Below are positions 1 through 9,847 of a stretch of 64,000 bases of DNA, in pieces; within the stretch, counting starts at the first letter, position 1; each line of letters starts with the position of its first letter. Source of the DNA: an uncultured delta proteobacterium (GTDB taxonomy: Bacteria; Desulfobacterota; Binatia; UBA9968); NCBI GenBank assembly GCA_963760795.1, contig CAVXEP010000029.1, positions 32,001-96,000 of the forward strand, given 5' to 3'. The position numbers and the translations under genes were made by a program. The notes beneath the pieces were generated by a model. It saw only the letters and a list, made by a program, of their open reading frames with translations. It was not told the DNA's origin and ran no database searches.

Positions 1-1507
1 CCACCGGCGGCGTGATGTTGGAATCGAGGCTAAGCCAGAGAATGATTAGATGCGCACTCAGCAATGGCACCCCAAGATCCGCCAAGACCGGAACCGCCAC
101 GACGGCGACCATGAGATAGGTTGCGGTGATCGGCAAGGCCAAGCCGAGCACGAGGGTGGCGACCGCCAGCAGCAGCAGCGTTAACGGCAGATTTTTACCG
201 CCGAGTTCCAAGAGTATGTAGGAGAACTTTATGCCGATGCCGGTGAGCGCCAAGACGCCGATGAGCACGCCTACCGCGCCGGTCAGCGCCGCCACGTAGA
301 GGCTCGCTTTGCCACCGTCGACTAGCGCTTGCCAAACACGCCGCGGCCCCATGCGGGTCTCGCTGCTAGTCCAACTTAAAGCGATGGCTGACACGATGCC
401 ATAAACCGCGGAAGTGCCGGGCGAATAGCCGGCGATCAACATGCCCATTAGGACGAAGATGGGAAGAAAGAGAAACCAGCCGCTGCGCATGACCGCGCCA
501 AAGTGCGGCAGCTCGTCTTTAGAGAGACCGCGCAAACCGAGCTTGCGCGATTCGAAATAGACCATGACGCCCACGGCAACGTAAAAGAGGATACCAGGAA
601 TCGCCGCGACTTTGATGATCTCAAGGTATGGGATGTTGGTCATTTCGGCCATGATGAAGGCGCCCGCACCCATGACGGGAGGCATTATCATCGCCCCTGT
701 GGAAGCCGCTCCTTCCACTGCCGCCGCGATGTGCGGCGGAAAGCCGGCCTTCTTCATCAGCGGGATCGTTACGGTGCCCGTTGTGACGGTCTCGGCAATG
801 GGGCTGCCGCTGACGGTGCCCATGAAGAGGCTCGAGATGACCGCCGCCTGCGCCGGTCCGCCGGTAATTCGACCGAGCGCAGCCAACGACAGATCGACAA
901 AAAATTTCGCAACGCCTGCACCCTCCAAAAAAGCGCCAAAGACAACGAAGGGAATGATAAAGCTGGCGACAACATCCGCCATGACGCCGAAGATGCCGTC
1001 GGAAGTCAGATAGACGTATTCGATCACCCGGCGCATGGTAAAGCCGCGATGGCCGATCAGATAAGGCAGGTAGTTACCAAATAGCGCGTAGGCAATGGGC
1101 AACACCGCGCACATCGACATGCCCCACCCGAGTACACGCCGCGCCGCCTCGATGGCGACGACGGTGACGATAACGCCCATCGAGACATCGACCAGCGTGT
1201 AACCGCCGGCCCGATAGGCCATCGCTTCATGTTCGATGATCCAATAGCCGACTCCAACGATAGTGGCGACAACCAGGGCTACATCGAGGAGCGATGGTTG
1301 ATCCATGCGGTCGCGGCGCCAGCCGCGATATAAAAGCAGTGGCACCACCAGACTGTACAGCACGGCAATGCCACGAAAGTACTGAAGCGAAACGACTCCG
1401 AATGAAGAAGCCCATAGCAGAAATAGCGCGACACCACCCATCATTAGCTGAACGGCGATGTCCCAGTATCCTGTGAGAGTGCGGGCCTGGGGTATTTCTT
1501 CGGACAT
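1..1507 (-). CDS. TRAP transporter fused permease (4TM/12TM, DctQM), truncated by window edge
   Basis: Manual translation from ATG 1507 (MSEEIPQARTLTGYW...) gives IEAARRVLGW, GRITGGPAQAAVISS, TGTVTIPLMKKAGF, ASTGAMIMPPVMGAGAFIMAE, SNITPPV, typical of fused TRAP permeases; next to a TAXI receptor. Confidence 0.92.
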   Translation of the reverse strand, partial: MSEEIPQARTLTGYWDIAVQLMMGGVALFLLWASSFGVVSLQYFRGIAVLYSLVVPLLLYRGWRRDRMDQPSLLDVALVVATIVGVGYWIIEHEAMAYRAGGYTLVDVSMGVIVTVVAIEAARRVLGWGMSMCAVLPIAYALFGNYLPYLIGHRGFTMRRVIEYVYLTSDGIFGVMADVVASFIIPFVVFGAFLEGAGVAKFFVDLSLAALGRITGGPAQAAVISSLFMGTVSGSPIAETVTTGTVTIPLMKKAGFPPHIAAAVEGAASTGAMIMPPVMGAGAFIMAEMTNIPYLEIIKVAAIPGILFYVAVGVMVYFESRKLGLRGLSKDELPHFGAVMRSGWFLFLPIFVLMGMLIAGYSPGTSAVYGIVSAIALSWTSSETRMGPRRVWQALVDGGKASLYVAALTGAVGVLIGVLALTGIGIKFSYILLELGGKNLPLTLLLLAVATLVLGLALPITATYLMVAVVAVPVLADLGVPLLSAHLIILWLSLDSNITPPV

Positions 1508-1629
1508 GATTTTTAAATCCTAACGCCCGCGGCGCGAACCGACGGCAAAGCTGCGTTAGGAGATTTGGCGGGAGATCAAGCGGACATGAGCCGTCTTACC
1601 TTGGTCCTGTTCTCCGAGTCGAGATTGGC

Positions 1630-2610
1630 TTACTTTGCGCGAATCGCATCAGGAATCTGAATACCCGCGGCGCGCCAGTGATCCTCGGCGCCTTTGTGCA
1701 GAGGAATCGTGACGCCTTGCAGGGCCCGTTGCGTGACCATGTCCTTCGATCCAGCATGGACCTTCATCATATGGGCGTTGCCTTCCTTGCTATAGGCCGC
1801 TGCGACCATTCTCTGCAATAGGGCAGGCGATAGGTCCTTATTGACGTACCAAATCACCGGAACGCCGATGCTTGAAGTATCCTCGCTAATGCCACGGTAG
1901 GAATTGGCGGCGAAGACATAGCGGGCGAAATAAGGAAACTGTTTATAGAAGTCAGTCTTTGAGACAGGCGTATGGACGTCGATGGCGCGCACGGGTTTTT
2001 TCGTGGCGGCTTCCGTAGTCACTCGGTCGGGCTCAGGGCCGGTCCAGAAAAACGCATCCGCTTTGCCCTCGCTCATCGCGTCACCCGCGGCCGCGCCGAG
2101 CAGAGGAATCCGGTTGATCTTGTCCCACATACCGACCGCGCGAAAGATCCGCTCCGCCGTGGCAAAGGTTCCCGAACCAGGATTGCCAACCGCGACACGT
2201 TTGCCGGCGAGATCGTCAATGTTGCGGATGCCGCTATCAGTGTAAGTCATCAAATGGGCGACCCCGAAGAAAACAACACCGACGGAGCGAAGATCGGTTA
2301 ACGGTTTGCCGGCAAACTTTTCCAAGCCGAAAAAAGCTTCATGGGTGTCCGAAGAGAAAGAGACTGCCATCTCCGCTTCCTTGGAGTTGATCCGGCGCAC
2401 GTTTTCCACAGAGCCGCCGGTGGCCGCGACGGAAACGTCGAGGTTAGGGACGTTTTTTGATAGGAATGTGCCGATGCCGGTGGCGAAAATGCCGAAAACT
2501 CCCGCCGGCGGCCCCCCCGCCATGGTCATCCGCTCGACGTTCTGCGACTGCGCAACGGACAGACTCAAGCAAAGCAAGATAGCTGTCACAAACAACCCAA
2601 GCCTTTTCAT
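1630..2610 (-). CDS. TAXI family TRAP solute-binding receptor
   Basis: Signal peptide; ATGGSVENV, LAGKRVAVGNPGSG, IPLHKGA motifs. Confidence 0.92.
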   Translation of the reverse strand: MKRLGLFVTAILLCLSLSVAQSQNVERMTMAGGPPAGVFGIFATGIGTFLSKNVPNLDVSVAATGGSVENVRRINSKEAEMAVSFSSDTHEAFFGLEKFAGKPLTDLRSVGVVFFGVAHLMTYTDSGIRNIDDLAGKRVAVGNPGSGTFATAERIFRAVGMWDKINRIPLLGAAAGDAMSEGKADAFFWTGPEPDRVTTEAATKKPVRAIDVHTPVSKTDFYKQFPYFARYVFAANSYRGISEDTSSIGVPVIWYVNKDLSPALLQRMVAAAYSKEGNAHMMKVHAGSKDMVTQRALQGVTIPLHKGAEDHWRAAGIQIPDAIRAK

Positions 2611-2655
2611 AAGCTGCTCCTTTCGTACATGTTCAACTGGCCTGTGCGGTGTACA

Positions 2656-3864
2656 CTAAAATGGGCCGCTTTCCAAATGTTTTTTTACTTGCTGCAGAAA
2701 GCGCGCCGCGCTGGCGCCATCGACCACTCGATGGTCGGCCGACAGTGTCGCCGTCATCATGGATTTAATCTCGATGCCGTCGCCGTCCGTGACCACGCGC
2801 GGCGCGACCCGGCCGACGGCTAGGATCGCGCACTGCGGCGGATTGATGATCGCGATGAAGCTATCGACGCCCAGCATGCCGAGGTTCGACACGGTGAACG
2901 TGCCGCCTTCGTAGTCGAGCGGAAAGAGCTTTTTATTTTGCGCCTTATCGGCCAGCGAGCGGCTCTGCTTGGCCAATTCAAGCAAATTCAGCTGGTCCGC
3001 GTTGCGAATCACCGGCACGACCAGGCCTTCATCGAGCGCAACAGCGACTCCGACGTTGATGTCAGCGTGCTGCAGAATTCCTTGCTCGGTGAAGCTTGAA
3101 TTCACCTGCGGAAATTCTTTAAGCGCGCACGCCGAGGCTTGGAGAATAAAGTCATTGATCGATGGCATCGGCTCGTCGCCACGTTCCTTCCATCCGTTTC
3201 TAAGCTTGCTCACCGCTGTCATGTCGATGTCCATGCTGATGTAAAAATGCGGCGCCGTTTGTTTACTCTGCGTCATGCGCTGGCCGACGATGCGGCGCAT
3301 GGGGGTGAGCGGTAATAAGCCGCGCGCTGTTGAAGTCGCGGGCCGCGCAAGGTTTCCGTTGGCGGCCCGCTGCACATCGGCGGCTAGAACGCTTCCTTCC
3401 GGGCCGCTGCCAGTGAGAGTTGCCAGGTCGATGGCGCTTTCTTTGGCGAGTCGTTTTGCTTTTGGTGACGCGAGAATTCGTCCGCCGGTTGGCACCGTAG
3501 AAAAGGCCGGCATCGTTGTGGTTTTTGAGGTCGTCGCGCGGCCCTCACCCCTGCCCTCTCCCTGGGGGAGAGGGGGTAAGAGTGGAGCAGACGCGGGCGT
3601 GTCTTGCTTTGTCGGCAGCGCTTCGCCCGGCGCCAAGATCAGCGCGATCGTCTGACCCACTGGCACTTCATCACCGGCTTTCGCCGTCACGCGAGAGAGA
3701 ATACCGGAAGCCGCTGCTTCGATCTCCACCGTCGATTTGTCGGTTTCGATTTCCATCAGCGGCTCGCCTTTGGTCACGGCTTGACCTTCGGCTTTGAGCC
3801 ACTTGAGCAGTGTTCCCGTTTGCTGCGCCACTCCGAGGGCGGGCATGATCACGTTGGTTGGCAT
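2656..3864 (-). CDS. Dihydrolipoamide acyltransferase (E2) of a 2-oxoacid/acetoin dehydrogenase complex
   Basis: One lipoyl domain (EIETDKSTVE), subunit-binding domain (ASPKAKRLA...TGSGPEG), catalytic DHRVVDG. Confidence 0.95.
   Translation of the reverse strand: MPTNVIMPALGVAQQTGTLLKWLKAEGQAVTKGEPLMEIETDKSTVEIEAAASGILSRVTAKAGDEVPVGQTIALILAPGEALPTKQDTPASAPLLPPLPQGEGRGEGRATTSKTTTMPAFSTVPTGGRILASPKAKRLAKESAIDLATLTGSGPEGSVLAADVQRAANGNLARPATSTARGLLPLTPMRRIVGQRMTQSKQTAPHFYISMDIDMTAVSKLRNGWKERGDEPMPSINDFILQASACALKEFPQVNSSFTEQGILQHADINVGVAVALDEGLVVPVIRNADQLNLLELAKQSRSLADKAQNKKLFPLDYEGGTFTVSNLGMLGVDSFIAIINPPQCAILAVGRVAPRVVTDGDGIEIKSMMTATLSADHRVVDGASAARFLQQVKKHLESGPF
3542..3576. repeat. BoxC-like palindromic repeat in frame within the E2 linker
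   Basis: ccctcacccctgccctctccctgggggagaggggg; encodes PPLPQGEGRGEG. Confidence 0.7.
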
Positions 3865-3911
3865 CGATGGTTGCTTATCACGGGAGGTTGTTAGGCGGTA
3901 GACCCGATATT

Positions 3912-3940
3912 TGTAATGGCGACCGGCCGGTCGCCCCTAC
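3912..3940 (-). repeat. GTAG-type REP palindrome
   Basis: Reverse complement gtaggggcgaccggccggtcgccattaca: GTAG tag plus ggcgacc/ggtcgcc stem. Confidence 0.7.
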
Positions 3941-3978
3941 CTGTTGCCTATTATTGCCTAATGCCCGTCGCCTTCTTG

Positions 3979-4445
3979 TCATTTAATCGCCTTACTCGCC
4001 CGGAACAGCACCGACTGTGGAATGTTCAAACCGATCTTCTTGGCGGTCTGAAGACTGATCACGAAGTCAAACTTCATCGGCTGTTCGACGGGTAGATCGG
4101 CAGGCTTAGTGCCTTTCATAGTCTTGTCCACGAAGACTGCAGCACGGCGCCACATATCCAAACTGTTGGGTCCATAGGACATTAGGCCACCAGCCTCCGG
4201 AAATCGCGCATCGCCGTATATCATTGGAAGGCGGTTCTTTAGCGCGAGTTCTGCGATTCGTCCTTGCAGTAAAGTGAACGTTGGGTTGGTGAGCCCCGTG
4301 ATAGCGCCTACACGCCTGTTGGTGATTGATATAAAAACCTTCTCTAAATCGTCTCGACCTCGCGTTTCCAGCTCTTGAAGCTGCAGACCTAGCACCTGTG
4401 CTGCAAGTTTAACTTCTTTCATTTGCACGACGTACCCTGGATGGG
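3979..4445 (-). pseudogene. C-terminal half of an ABC transporter substrate-binding protein (PF04392-like)
   Basis: GGLMSYGPN, AAVFVDK, KPADLPVEQPMKF; signal peptide and N-terminal half absent. Confidence 0.85.
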
Positions 4446-4495
4446 GTAATCTCGAAATTCATCTTCGTCCACTCATCCGCGGCGGCAAGTTTTTT

Positions 4496-5058
4496 TTAAA
4501 TCCCTCCATATTTTGGGGCTCTTTCGCTAACGATGAAACCAATCTTTCGTTTCGTCGGCTCCGGTGGTTTCATAAGCTGCCGGATCGCGTCAAAGACTAC
4601 CTTAAACTGAGCATCGTACTTTTTCTCCAAAGCTTCGACCTTCCGCGCTAATTCAGCATTGGTCGCGAGCAGCTGGCGCAAACGAACGAAGGTCCGCATG
4701 ATTTCAATGTTGACCTCGACTGCGCGCTTGCTGCGGAGAACGCTCGAAAGCATGGCGACGCCTTTTCCGTAAAGGCATAGGGCGGATGGCGCCGGCCACC
4801 CCAATCCGAACTTGATATCGCAAATTGCGATTTCAAGTTTAGGTTATTAGCCTGCGCCTTCAAATTGTGGAATTCCGCCTCGCTCAGCTGGAACATAAAA
4901 TCACCGGGAAAACGATGACGGTTGCGCTTGACCGCTTCATTCAGTCTCCCGACGCTTACTGCGTAAAGTAGAGCGAGATCGGCATCAAGCAGCACTCTAT
5001 GACCACGAATGAGAAGTATAGCTTGCTCAATTCTCTCTGCTGAAACTTGTTTGGTCAT
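4496..5058 (-). CDS. ORF6N-domain DNA-binding protein, one frameshift near 4765
   Basis: [38 protein letters not shown] in one frame joined to [11 protein letters not shown]...KRKIGF in another. Confidence 0.9.
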
Positions 5059-5076
5059 CGATTACCTGTTCTCTGT

Positions 5077-6393
5077 CTAACCCTTCACCCGCTCCAGCGC
5101 TCCCGGATTGTTCAGATTCGATTGCGCTTCGCGGGTGGTCGGCAGCTCCCCGCCGGTGGTGAAATAATGCGTGCCGGCGACCAGCAATTTTTCCGAGGGG
5201 AAGCGGGTGATGATTTCGCAACCATCTTTCGTCACGACAACTTCTTCTTCGAGACGCGCGGCGGACCAGCCGTCGGCGGCGGGCCAGTAGGTTTCCAGCG
5301 CGAAGACCATGCCTTCTTCGATCACTTCGGGATGATCGAGAGAAACCAAGCGGCTGAAGATCGGTTTCTCCCAGATCGACAAACCGACGCCGTGGCCATA
5401 TTGTAATGCGAAGGCGGCTTCTTCGTTGGCGAAACCGAACTCTTGCGCCTTCGGCCACAGCTTGACCACATCCGCCGTCGTGATACCCGGCTTGACGATG
5501 CTGATCGCGGCGTCCATGTAGTCGCGGCTCCGTTTGTAGGCGTCGACCATCGCCGGCGAGGCGCTGCCGATGGCGAACGTCCGGTAGTAGCAAGTGCGGT
5601 AGCCGTTGAAGCTGTGGAGAATGTCAAAGAACGCCGGATCGCCGGGACGGAGCACGCGGTCGGTATAGACATGCGGATGCGGACTGCAACGCTCGCCGGA
5701 AATCGCGTTGACGCCCTCGACATGTTCGGAGCCGAGATCGTAAAGCACTTTGCTGACCACGCCGACGCATTCGTTTTCTTTCACGCCAGGTTTCATGAAG
5801 CGATAGAGCTCATCGTAAGCGGCGTCGACCATCATGGTCGCGGTGTTGAGCAACGTGATTTCATCCTGGGTTTTGATTTTTCTGACTTCATGCATCAACT
5901 GCTGGCCGTCGACGACCTTGATGCCTTGGGCTTGGAGGGCGAACAGCACCGGCATCTCGATCACGTCGACGCCGACCGGCTCGTTCTGTAAGTTGCGCAT
6001 TTCTAATTCGAGTTTAATTTTTTTCGCGACATCTTCGGCCAATCCGGAGCCTGGATTGGTCGCGCCGCGCAGCGTGGAAATGCCGGCGCGCGAGCGCTCG
6101 CCCAACCAGGGGCAGTAAATCTGATGATGGCGCGCCGCCGAACCGAAGTCCCAGAGAATAGGTTCGTCATCCTGCGGCAATAACGAGAAGCGCACCAGCT
6201 TGTCCATCGCCCAGGTGCCGATATGGGTCGCGGTAATGTAGCGGATGTTGTTCATGTCGAAGCAGAGCAGCGCGCCCAACTCCGATTTCTTCAGCGCGCT
6301 CTTAACCCGGGCCAAACGATCCTGGCGCAGCCGCTCGATGTTAACGCGCTCTTCCCAATCGACAGCCATCAGGCCGAAGGTTTTTAAGCCCAT
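5077..6393 (-). CDS. M24 (Xaa-Pro peptidase/creatinase fold) hydrolase with atypical metal site
   Basis: Creatinase-N-like N-terminus, RKIKTQDEI, GHGVGL, FALET, RLEEEV; GGAGG RBS before ATG 6393. Confidence 0.88.
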   Translation of the reverse strand: MGLKTFGLMAVDWEERVNIERLRQDRLARVKSALKKSELGALLCFDMNNIRYITATHIGTWAMDKLVRFSLLPQDDEPILWDFGSAARHHQIYCPWLGERSRAGISTLRGATNPGSGLAEDVAKKIKLELEMRNLQNEPVGVDVIEMPVLFALQAQGIKVVDGQQLMHEVRKIKTQDEITLLNTATMMVDAAYDELYRFMKPGVKENECVGVVSKVLYDLGSEHVEGVNAISGERCSPHPHVYTDRVLRPGDPAFFDILHSFNGYRTCYYRTFAIGSASPAMVDAYKRSRDYMDAAISIVKPGITTADVVKLWPKAQEFGFANEEAAFALQYGHGVGLSIWEKPIFSRLVSLDHPEVIEEGMVFALETYWPAADGWSAARLEEEVVVTKDGCEIITRFPSEKLLVAGTHYFTTGGELPTTREAQSNLNNPGALERVKG

Positions 6394-6413
6394 TGCCAAC
6401 CTCCAAAATCTAG

Positions 6414-6523
6414 CGTTCCAACAAAATCTACGGTTCCAATCGTTCCAGCCGTTCCAAGGGTTCCAATTGTTAATCCCTCTTCAACGATTGGAACAACTGG
6501 AACGTTTGGAACTGTTGAAACCG
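6414..6523. repeat. Palindromic array of 9-bp units (cgttccaan)n...(nttggaacn)n
   Basis: ggttccaat cgttccagc cgttccaag ggttccaat ... attggaaca actggaacg tttggaact gttgaaacc. Confidence 0.9.
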
Positions 6524-6566
6524 TTGCGATGTGACTATTGCTGTCGCTCATCCTAGAACTCGGTCA

Positions 6567-7586
6567 CTATTTGTCGCACAATATTCGCGCCAATTTCGCA
6601 ACGTTTTCCGGCGTCGGCACCGTCTGATCTTCGAGCACCGGCGAGAACGGTACCGGCACATCCATGGCGCCCATCCGTTTCACCGGCGCATCGAGATAAT
6701 AAAATGCGCCGTCGGCGATCACCGAAGCGATCTCGGCGGTGACGCCGTATCGCTCGTAGCCTTCATCGATGACGATGGCGCGGCTGGTTTTTTTTGCGGA
6801 CTCAATGATTGTCTGCTTGTCCAGCGGCGCGGTGGTTCGAACATCGACGACTTCGGCGCTGACCTCATACTGTGCTAATAATTCCGCCGCTGCCAGCGCG
6901 ACCTGAACCATGCTGCTGGTGGCGACCAGCGTGATGTCGCTGCCGGCGCGCTTCACGTCGGCGACGCCGAGCGGAATTGTGTATTCTTCCGTCGGTACAG
7001 AACCTTTGAGCTGGTACATCAGCTTGTCTTCGAAAAAAGCCACCGGGTTATCGTCGCGGATCGCCGATTTGAGCAATCCTTTAGCGTCGTACGGCGTTGA
7101 CGGCACGACAACTTTCAAGCCGGGAATGTGACTCAACCAGGCGTGCAAGCTCTGGCTATGCTGTGCCGCCGAGCGGCGCGTGGCGCCAAGCGTTGTGCGT
7201 AAGACCATGGGAACTTTTAGCCTACCACCGGACATGTAGTGAATCTTCGCCGCCTGATTGACCATCTGGTCCATTGTCAACGTTATGAAGTCGCCGAACA
7301 TGATGTCGACCACCGGGCGCATGCCAGTCATCGCCGCGCCGACCCCGATGCCGGCGATGCCGGCTTCCGAAATCGGCGAATCGATCACGCGCTCGGTGCC
7401 AAACTCTTTTACCAACCCCGACAAAACTTTGAACGGCGTGCCCGCCTCGGCGACATCTTCGCCGATGATGAATACCGTCGGATCGCGCCGCATCTCTTCG
7501 GCGAGCGCTTCGTTGATTGCCTGGGCAAAGGTGATTTCGCGCAAGCCGGTTTCGACTGTCGGTGTTTTTTGAGGCGGTGATTTCAT
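6567..7586 (-). CDS. TPP-dependent dehydrogenase E1 beta subunit (AcoB/PdhB family)
   Basis: GEDV, DSPISEAG, AAQHSQS, PSTPYDAKGLL. Confidence 0.95.
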   Translation of the reverse strand: MKSPPQKTPTVETGLREITFAQAINEALAEEMRRDPTVFIIGEDVAEAGTPFKVLSGLVKEFGTERVIDSPISEAGIAGIGVGAAMTGMRPVVDIMFGDFITLTMDQMVNQAAKIHYMSGGRLKVPMVLRTTLGATRRSAAQHSQSLHAWLSHIPGLKVVVPSTPYDAKGLLKSAIRDDNPVAFFEDKLMYQLKGSVPTEEYTIPLGVADVKRAGSDITLVATSSMVQVALAAAELLAQYEVSAEVVDVRTTAPLDKQTIIESAKKTSRAIVIDEGYERYGVTAEIASVIADGAFYYLDAPVKRMGAMDVPVPFSPVLEDQTVPTPENVAKLARILCDK

Positions 7587-7676
7587 GCTGTATGGCTCTC
7601 AGCCGTTAGGTCATCCAGGAAATACGCAAGTTTCGATTACTTGCTACCAATCGAAAAGCGGACCCGCGGACCAAAA

Positions 7677-8739
7677 TCATTTGACCACTCTCTCCGCCCG
7701 CATCAGCACCACCGGTGGAATCGTCAAGCCGAGAGCTTTGGCTGTCTTGAGGTTGATCATCAGTTCGTATTTGACCGGCTGCTGCACGGGTAGGTCAGCG
7801 GGATTCGTTCCCTTGAGAATTTTGTCCACGTAGACGGCAGCACGCCGGTATATGTCAGTAGAGTCCGGTCCATAAGACATGAGACCACCGACGTGAATCC
7901 AATCGGTGTCCGGGTATATTGCCGGCAGCCGGCGCTTCGCGGCGAGTTCTACGATCCGTTTTGGATTACTTTGGATGGGAGACTGCTGCGCAACGACTAG
8001 AGCGCCGGCTTGCGCCTTGGTCGCCGCCTCGAATGCACTATCGATATCGTTGGGACTTCGCACTTCGAGAGATTGAACCAGCACGCCGAGGTCTTGTCCT
8101 GCGGTCGGATCTCTTTTAAGACCACGTCTGGGATGGATTATTGCTCGGATTCAAGAGGACGCCCACACGGGTAAGTCTGGGAATTGTCTCCTTGAGAATC
8201 TCCAATCGTTTTCCGTACAACCCCGGCGCGCCGGTACTGAACCCGGTGATGTTGCCTCCAGGCTGTGCGAGACTAGCCACCAACCCACTGGCAACCGGGT
8301 CGACGTCGCCAACGGATATGATTGGAATCACGCTAGTCGCTTTCTTGGCCGCGCGTCCTGCCGGGCCTCCCGCGGCGAAGATGATATCAACTTTGAGCCG
8401 AACCAGTTCAGCTGCGAGGCCGGAAAGCCGTTCAACGTTTCCCTCCGCCCAGCGGTATTCAATATTGATGTTCTGCCCCTCAACATAGCTCAATTTCCTA
8501 AGACCTTGCCGCAAGGCTTCGGCGTTGAGCGATGCGCGACCACCAGTGCCGACGCCTAGAAAACCCATCCGGGATACTTTCCCCGGCTGCTGCGCCTCGG
8601 CCACAGCCCCACAAGCCGCCAGCGCGAAAGCAATTATAGAAAGCCCCACCCATTTTCGTCTGCGGGGCCGCTTTTGGATTTTGGATTTTCGATTGTCGGA
8701 TTGAAACCACCGAATTGCAGTCGGAAATTTCTTTGTCAT
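7677..8739 (-). CDS. ABC transporter substrate-binding protein (PF04392-like), frameshifted near 8100-8130
   Basis: IEYRWAEG, DPVASGLVASLAQPGGNITG (8116..8739) continue into GGLMSYGPD, PADLPVQQP (7677..8084). Confidence 0.88.
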
Positions 8740-8783
8740 GTCCTAGTCCGCCAATCCAAAATCCAAAATCGCAAATCCAAAAT
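8672..8783. repeat. Palindromic array of 7-bp units (ttttgga)n...(atccaaa)n straddling a start codon
   Basis: ttttggattttggattttcgattgtcggattg ... caatccaaaatccaaaatcgcaaatccaaaat. Confidence 0.88.
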
Positions 8784-8819
8784 TTCTTACTGTTGCCTAA
8801 TGCCCATTGCCTTCAAGTC

Positions 8820-9827
8820 TCAAGCATATACATGCTGATCGACTTCACCCGGTTCCGGGTACGGCGTATTGAGGGCGAAGTTTACGGCGTCTTTGATTTC
8901 CGCCGAGACTTCGTTTTCGATTCGTTGGCATAACTTGCCGTCCGCCAGTTTATTCTTCTCAAGCCAAGCGGCGAGCAGCTTCACTGGGTCGCGCTTCGAT
9001 TTCCACTCTTGCTCTTCGGCTTTGGTTCGATAGTAGGCGCGGTCGATGTCGCCGACGTGATGGCCGTGGAAGCGGTAGGTGAGACATTCCAAAAAGGCCG
9101 GCCCGTCGCCGCGGCGCGCGCGCTCGACTAATTTTTGCGCGGTGGCGTGGAGCGCGCGCACGTCCTGGCCGTCCAGCGATTCAACGTGAATGCCGAATGC
9201 TTTAGCGCGTCCGGTCACTTCGCCAGCGGTGGTTTCGCGATAATGGGTGTACTCGTTGTACTGATTGTTCTCGCACACGTAGAGCACCGGCAGCTTCCAG
9301 AGCGACGCCATGTTCATCGTTTCATAAAGCAGCCCTTGCCCCAGAGCGCCGTCGCCGAAGAAACAGACCGCAACTTGATCGCTCTTGCGCATCTTGATCG
9401 ACATCGCCGCGCCGGTGGCGATGCCGGCGCTGCCGCCGACGATCGCATTCGCTCCCAGATTGCCGGTGTCCTGGTCGGCGATATGCATCGATCCGCCTTT
9501 GCCGCGGCAGTAACCGGCCTCTTTGCCGAGCAACTCGGCGAACATTCTGTCCAGCGCTGCGCCTTTGGCGATGCAATGGCCGTGGCCGCGATGGGTGCTG
9601 GTGATGTAATCGTCTTGCCGCAACGCTTCGCAGACACCGACGGCCACCGCTTCTTCGCCGATGTAGAGATGGGCGAGCCCCGGCATCTTGGCGCCGAGAT
9701 AAAGTTGATTGACCTCTTCTTCGAAGAGACGAATCTTCAGCATCTGCCGGTAGAAGTGGAGCCAGCGCTCGTCGTGGGCGGGAGCGCGCGCTGGCGGGTG
9801 CATTTTGGTCTTCTTGGATTGTGCCAT
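8820..9827 (-). CDS. TPP-dependent dehydrogenase E1 alpha subunit (AcoA/PdhA family)
   Basis: HLYIGEEA, STHRGHGH, GKGGSMH, GDGA...CENN TPP motif, TYRFHGH; start set at MAQSKK because the upstream extension is repeat-derived. Confidence 0.95.
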   Translation of the reverse strand: MAQSKKTKMHPPARAPAHDERWLHFYRQMLKIRLFEEEVNQLYLGAKMPGLAHLYIGEEAVAVGVCEALRQDDYITSTHRGHGHCIAKGAALDRMFAELLGKEAGYCRGKGGSMHIADQDTGNLGANAIVGGSAGIATGAAMSIKMRKSDQVAVCFFGDGALGQGLLYETMNMASLWKLPVLYVCENNQYNEYTHYRETTAGEVTGRAKAFGIHVESLDGQDVRALHATAQKLVERARRGDGPAFLECLTYRFHGHHVGDIDRAYYRTKAEEQEWKSKRDPVKLLAAWLEKNKLADGKLCQRIENEVSAEIKDAVNFALNTPYPEPGEVDQHVYA

Positions 9828-9847
9828 CGGAGCGTCACCGTGAAAAA

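Noticed and set aside
4496-5058. ORF6N as evidence of a prophage
   Set aside because: No integrase, structural or other phage genes nearby.
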